A DNA stretch of 63,953 nt, filler included, from an uncultured bacterium (GTDB taxonomy: Bacteria; CAZSTA01): the NCBI GenBank assembly GCA_964609495.1. It is 6 parts of 6 records of this genome, joined end to end, with 100 filler letters (N's around TTAATTAATTAA, not from the genome) between each part and the next. Parts side by side here need not be neighbours in the genome. Positions count along the whole stretch, not along the records: positions 59,624 to 63,953 come from CAZSTA010000252.1; 5 more parts are not named here. The stretch is one strand, 5' to 3'. The position numbers and the translations under genes are program-made. Shown here piece by piece: positions 59,624 through 63,953 of this stretch. The notes under the pieces were generated by a model. It worked only from the letters and a program-made list of their open reading frames with translations. It did not search any database and was not told where the DNA came from. How positions within the stretch are numbered: the stretch's first letter is position 1; the number at the start of each line of letters is the position of its first letter.

Positions 59624-60644
59624 GAAAAGGAGTGCCATCTTTTCTGATATGATCTATTTCACCTATCCATGAACCCTGCGTTTTTACCTGATTTGTACTC
59701 CTCTTGTATTCATCCATCTGTTCCTCATTATATAAATTTACAACTTTCATTCCAATCATTTCTTCAGGGATATAACCATGCATCTTAGCAAAAGCATCGT
59801 TCACATATGCTAGTTTTGGTTCCAAATCACCTACCGCTATACCATCAATTGACTGCTCAACAGCAGAACTTAATCTTCTTATTTCCTCCTCCGCTCGCTT
59901 GCGCTCGGTAACATCAATCCCGATGCCAATGATAGTGGTGATCTGCCCTTCAGTGTCTCTGAGAGTAGCGTCGTGCCAGGCTATCCATCTCTCCTCTCCT
60001 GACTTTGTGAGCAAGAGGAACTCACGACGGATTGGCTCATCTCCTTTCATCCCATTTCGCAGCTCAATGAAGGCCTCCTTTATCGACTCGGTGGATCTTC
60101 CGGGAGGTAAAAAGTCCCAAAAGTACTTGCCAATGACTTTTTCCTCAGTATATCCTGTAACCTCTACACACTTTCTATTAAAGAGAGTAATTCGCCCCTC
60201 AAGATCAAGCCCTACGATGAGGGCGTCAGCCGTCTGGATTATCTTATGAGAAAAATCCCTCTCTTGGTGTAATGTTTCCTCATACCTTTGTCTTTTTTTC
60301 TCTAGCCCTTTATACCACCAGGCTATTGCACCTGTCACCATAATTAATACGCCCATTCCGGCTAAATCATACCACAGTGGAGTCCCCATCTGCAAAATAT
60401 AGGAGATTATGTGAAAGAACGCCAAACCTATGCTTAAGAACCATCCTCTCCAATCCCAGAGAATTATCGCTAAGACAACAGGAACATGATAATGCGTAAA
60501 TGCAATGTTTATACCTATGCTGTGAGAATATATAGTTATTGCAATCACAAAGATAGTTAGTAATACAATTAGTGTTTTGTTCACTTTTCCACCTTCTCTT
60601 CTGAGATATGCCACAATCTCTCTTGGATTCAACCACTTAGTCAT
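59624..60644 (-). CDS. Membrane-anchored multi-PAS sensor protein (3'-truncated)
   Basis: About 4 N-terminal TM helices; PAS S-boxes DVTERKRAEEE and WIGEI..IRKDG. Confidence 0.85.
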
Positions 60645-60662
60645 TTTATTACCTCCTTGCTT

Positions 60663-61631
60663 TCAAATTCCTAGAACGGTGATTATAACTATCCCTAAAA
60701 ATAGGGCTAGAAAGGATATTACATACATAATACGAATTGCATCTTTAATACAGCAGATATCGAGAGGACGCATCTCATCTCCCATATAAGATCTTCTCTC
60801 CTCTATTCCACCATAGTAATTCACCCCTCCCAATCTGATCCCCAGAGCGCCAGCCATAGCCGATTCGGGTATCCCTCCGTTGGGACTAGGGTGTCTCCTA
60901 TGATCGCGAAGCATTATTCGCCAAGATCGCCATGCCTCATAGCCAGCCAGCCAAGCGGCTAGGGGAAGAAGTAAGCCAGTGATACGAGCAGGGATATAAT
61001 TAGCCCAATCATCCAATTTAGCGGAGGCCATTCCGAAGTTGATATAGAGCTGGTTACGATATCCTATCATTGAGTCTAAGGTATTAACCGCTTTATAGGC
61101 CATAGCCAGGGGCGCTCCTCCGAGGAAGGCGTAGAAGAGAGGAGAGACGATTCCATCCACGATATTTTCGGCTATTGTCTCCACCGCGGCTCTCACTATC
61201 TCTGATTCGGGAAGCTTTTCGGTATCACGCCCTACTATCCTGCCCACTAGGTTGCGAGCCGATTCGATATCGCCCTTCTCCAAAGCTTTATAGACCGCCC
61301 CGGTCGATTGAGCTAGATTTTTAGTCGCGAGAGTTGTATAGATTATTAAGATGCTCACTATAACCCCTAGATAGGGATGAATCGTATCCGCGACATCCCT
61401 TATAAACCAGACTATAAAGAAAGTCCCTCCTACGATAACTGTTGTCAGAAACAATCCAGCCGATATCTCGGCTCTCCTCCATCTGAACCTAGCTCTTAAC
61501 TTATCCTCCAGATAAGTTATCGCTCTGCCGATCAATCGGACTGGATGAGGATAACCTTCTGGATCGCCTAAAGCCAGATCCAATAGATAAGCTATAATTA
61601 TTTCGGCTATGATTATCTTGGACCAAGTCAT
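60663..61631 (-). CDS. cobD: Adenosylcobinamide-phosphate synthase CbiB/CobD
   Basis: GDP..YPHPV, IVGRDT, ENIVDG, YKAVNTLDSMIGY, HPSPNGG.PE. Confidence 0.95.
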   Translation of the reverse strand: MTWSKIIIAEIIIAYLLDLALGDPEGYPHPVRLIGRAITYLEDKLRARFRWRRAEISAGLFLTTVIVGGTFFIVWFIRDVADTIHPYLGVIVSILIIYTTLATKNLAQSTGAVYKALEKGDIESARNLVGRIVGRDTEKLPESEIVRAAVETIAENIVDGIVSPLFYAFLGGAPLAMAYKAVNTLDSMIGYRNQLYINFGMASAKLDDWANYIPARITGLLLPLAAWLAGYEAWRSWRIMLRDHRRHPSPNGGIPESAMAGALGIRLGGVNYYGGIEERRSYMGDEMRPLDICCIKDAIRIMYVISFLALFLGIVIITVLGI

Positions 61632-63163
61632 TTTATTCCCATTACTCGATATACCAAGTTCATATCCAAATTATTTCGGACTATATCGGCTAACTCGTCA
61701 TATCCTTGTTGACGCATCTGATAAGCGGATTTTAAATGATCAAAGGGCGATAATCCTTTTCTAGTCCTCAGCCAATTTAGAAAAGTTCGGCGGAAGCGAT
61801 CGTTATCGAAGATACCGTGTAAGTATGTCCCCCAGACCAGACCATCATCCCGAATCGCTCCATCAAAGGAACTCACCATAGCCCTCGATCTCTCCTTTAT
61901 CTTGAAGAGAGGAAGGCTTCCAGGCATCCGCTTTGTCCTTCCCATATGTATCTCGTAGCCAACTACTTCCTCCCCTTTAAGAGAGGTGAAGGGGGCGAGA
62001 TCACAGATGATATCAGCCTTAGCTTGATGAGTTAGTTTTTGAGGGTTGAAGGTAGTTTCCACGTTCAGCAACCCTAGCCCCTCTACGTAAAGCTCATCCG
62101 ATTCCGCTCCTTCGGGATCGTCCAATTTCCCTCCCAACATCTGATATCCTCCACAGATGCCAATTACTGGTATCCCTCTCTGGGAGGTGGAGATGATCGC
62201 TGAGGCTATCCCAGTGCTTTTTAGACGAATTAAATCCTCGGTCGTATTCTTCGTGCCGGGGATTATCAACGCATCTGGTTCACCTATCTCCTCTGGAGAG
62301 CGGATATAGCGAACGCTTACCTCGGGCGGATCGTCCAGAGGATCGAAATCGGTGAAGTTGGATATATGAGGTAAATAGACAACAACTATATCTATATCTG
62401 TCGCTTCGGGCTTCTTCCGACGAACGACTTTCTTCTCCTCGGAGACGGAATCCTCCTCTTGGATATATAGTTTATGGAAGTAGGGGATCACTCCAGCGAT
62501 GGGCTTCTTCGTCCAATCCTCGAGAAAATCTATAGCAGGTTTAAGTAGCTCTATATCCCCCCTGAACTTATTGATAATGACTCCAGCTACCGTTTCTCTC
62601 TCCTCCTCCGTCAATAGCGCTAAAGTTCCTACGATAGAGGCTAAGGCTCCTCCCTTGTCGATATCAGCTACTAGGAATACCGGGGTCTTGGACCAAAGAG
62701 CCACTCTCATATTGACGATGTCATTATCCCTAAGATTGACCTCGGCCGGACTTCCTGCTCCCTCGATCACCACTATTTCATATTCAGACCTCAACTTATC
62801 TAACGAATATTTAGCAGCCTCCCAAGCTGTGTTGAAGTAATTAAGATGATACTTCTGAGCGCTCATATCATCTATCGGTTTTCCGTGAACGATCACTTGA
62901 GACTGATAATCCTTCTTGGGCTTCAAAAGGACCGGATTCATATCGACCGTAGGCTCTATTCCTGCCGCCTCTGCCTGAACTACCTGAGCCCTTCCCATCT
63001 CTCCTCCATCTCTGGTTACAAAGGAGTTCAAAGCCATATTCTGCGCCTTGAAAGGAGCGACGGAGAATCCATCTTGATGAAAGATGCGACATAGAGCGGC
63101 GACTAAGATGCTTTTTCCTACATGGGAGGCGGTCCCTTGAATCATTACTGTCCTAGCAACCAA
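61628..63163 (-). CDS. cobQ: Cobyric acid synthase CobQ/CbiP
   Basis: QGTASHVGKS, PFKAQNM, EGAGSPAE, GICGGYQMLG, GYEIH, GTYLHG. Confidence 0.97.
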   Translation of the reverse strand: MVARTVMIQGTASHVGKSILVAALCRIFHQDGFSVAPFKAQNMALNSFVTRDGGEMGRAQVVQAEAAGIEPTVDMNPVLLKPKKDYQSQVIVHGKPIDDMSAQKYHLNYFNTAWEAAKYSLDKLRSEYEIVVIEGAGSPAEVNLRDNDIVNMRVALWSKTPVFLVADIDKGGALASIVGTLALLTEEERETVAGVIINKFRGDIELLKPAIDFLEDWTKKPIAGVIPYFHKLYIQEEDSVSEEKKVVRRKKPEATDIDIVVVYLPHISNFTDFDPLDDPPEVSVRYIRSPEEIGEPDALIIPGTKNTTEDLIRLKSTGIASAIISTSQRGIPVIGICGGYQMLGGKLDDPEGAESDELYVEGLGLLNVETTFNPQKLTHQAKADIICDLAPFTSLKGEEVVGYEIHMGRTKRMPGSLPLFKIKERSRAMVSSFDGAIRDDGLVWGTYLHGIFDNDRFRRTFLNWLRTRKGLSPFDHLKSAYQMRQQGYDELADIVRNNLDMNLVYRVMGIK

Positions 63164-63185
63164 GATAATTTCACCCCTTTGATTG

Positions 63186-63749
63186 CTAACTTCTTTTGAT
63201 CTCTAAAGGTATCCCTGCCACTAATAAATAGACCTGCTCGGCGCTTTGAGCTACTAACTGATTGACCTTTCCTAATAAATCACGATATACCCTCCCCAGA
63301 GGATAAGGGGGAACAAGCCCGCTTCCTACCTCGTTGGAGATTAGGAGGGTATATGAATCGACTCGTTTGGCTTGCTCAATAAGATCTGATATTCGAGTTA
63401 ATACCTCTTCCTCCCTCTTTTCGATCTCCGAAAGGGATGGATTTTCGGGAAATTCCCTCTTGAGAAGTTCGTTAGTCACTAGAAGGGTCAAGCAATCCAC
63501 TATTATCACTTCGCTGTCCTCTCCAGCTTCTCTTATGGCAACATCCACCTGTTCGCTAGCCTCTATAGTATTCCAACTGGAGGAGCGATTTTGGCGATGC
63601 CGAGCGATTCGTTCCTCCATCTCCTCATCTCCCGCGGTAGCGGTGGCGATATAAGTAACTTTCGTCCCTAAATCCTGGGCTAGCTTCTCCGCAAAGGTGC
63701 TCTTCCCACTTCTAGCTCCACCTAAGATAAATATTATCTTGCCGGACAA
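63186..63749 (-). CDS. cobU: Bifunctional adenosylcobinamide kinase / cobinamide-phosphate guanylyltransferase
   Basis: GGARSGKS, YIATA..DEEM.ERI..H, DCLT, SNEVGSG, NQ..A. Confidence 0.96.
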   Translation of the reverse strand: MSGKIIFILGGARSGKSTFAEKLAQDLGTKVTYIATATAGDEEMEERIARHRQNRSSSWNTIEASEQVDVAIREAGEDSEVIIVDCLTLLVTNELLKREFPENPSLSEIEKREEEVLTRISDLIEQAKRVDSYTLLISNEVGSGLVPPYPLGRVYRDLLGKVNQLVAQSAEQVYLLVAGIPLEIKRS

Positions 63750-63771
63750 ATTCGCCTCTCCTTCACATAAA

Positions 63772-63951
63772 TTAACCCTTAACCTCTTGGAATAGGCTAA
63801 GGGTAAAAACCTTTAAATAGCCTTTTTCCTTTTCTCGAAGGTCATTCAGCTTATCTCTGTTTCCTGCCAAGCGCCCCCCCAATAGCAAGTGAGGAAAGTC
63901 AACCATCATATCTCCAAACTCGCCTTTGGATAGCCAAAAAGTAACTTCTTT
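63772..63951 (-). CDS. 3' end of an unidentified CDS running off the window
   Basis: 59 open codons (KEVTFWLSKG...FQEVKG*) ending just before the cobU RBS. Confidence 0.5.
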   Translation of the reverse strand, partial: KEVTFWLSKGEFGDMMVDFPHLLLGGRLAGNRDKLNDLREKEKGYLKVFTLSLFQEVKG

Positions 63952-63953
63952 GT

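Noticed and set aside
814..63654. Many short antisense or alternate-frame ORFs in the track
   Set aside because: They lie inside well-supported genes and read as shadow ORFs
63750..63953. Cobalamin riboswitch upstream of cobU
   Set aside because: No B12-box recognised; the region is an open frame ending just before the cobU RBS
1..63953. rRNA, tRNA, prophage, transposase or known defence-system genes
   Set aside because: None recognised by eye; small RNAs could be missed without covariance searches

Overview
This 63,953-base window is not one locus. It is six contig pieces, about 12 kb each apart from the last, which the window end cuts short. They are joined by five artificial 100-nt linkers (N-run, TTAATTAATTAA, N-run), so adjacency across linkers means nothing. 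The DNA is from a bacterium that looks anaerobic, sugar-using and diderm, probably an uncultured deep Terrabacteria-type lineage (inference). Evidence for this: a BamA gene, non-lipoprotein solute-binding proteins, near-perfect TTGACA/TATAAT promoters, a compact RpoB, and an RpoC with a Thermus/Thermotoga-like insert. Content by contig: (1) LCP-rsfS-methyltransferase-bamA, two Zn-ribbon genes, UroD-family protein, nitroreductase, SnoaL, GH3; (2) a CUT2 sugar ABC cluster, then a stand-alone rpoBC; (3) two secreted YtfJ/GerW paralogs, a MATE/ANKH-like transporter, a CUT1 ABC set, yjbQ, mtnP, pfkB, prsW, two PD40 beta-propellers; (4) yjbQ, mvhD, lytic transglycosylase, a triple delta/HARE-HTH protein, purB, glycyl radical enzyme plus DJ-1, a two-component pair; (5) DUF1537 kinase, GNAT, two CUT1 ABC sets with pdxJ and a nucleotidyltransferase lying inside one of them; (6) PAS sensor and cobU-cobQ-cobD. 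No rRNA, tRNA, CRISPR array or transposase gene was recognised. The most notable items are: nested miniature mobile elements (a 204-bp MITE with an 8-bp target duplication, a ~50-bp TA-flanked element, REP-like doublets); two accessory cassettes bounded by direct repeats (41-bp duplicated promoter; 15-bp repeat around GRE plus DJ-1); beta-propellers with hypervariable blade positions; a three-domain RNAP-delta-like protein; and a structured rpoB leader. All family assignments come from motif recognition by eye, not database searches.
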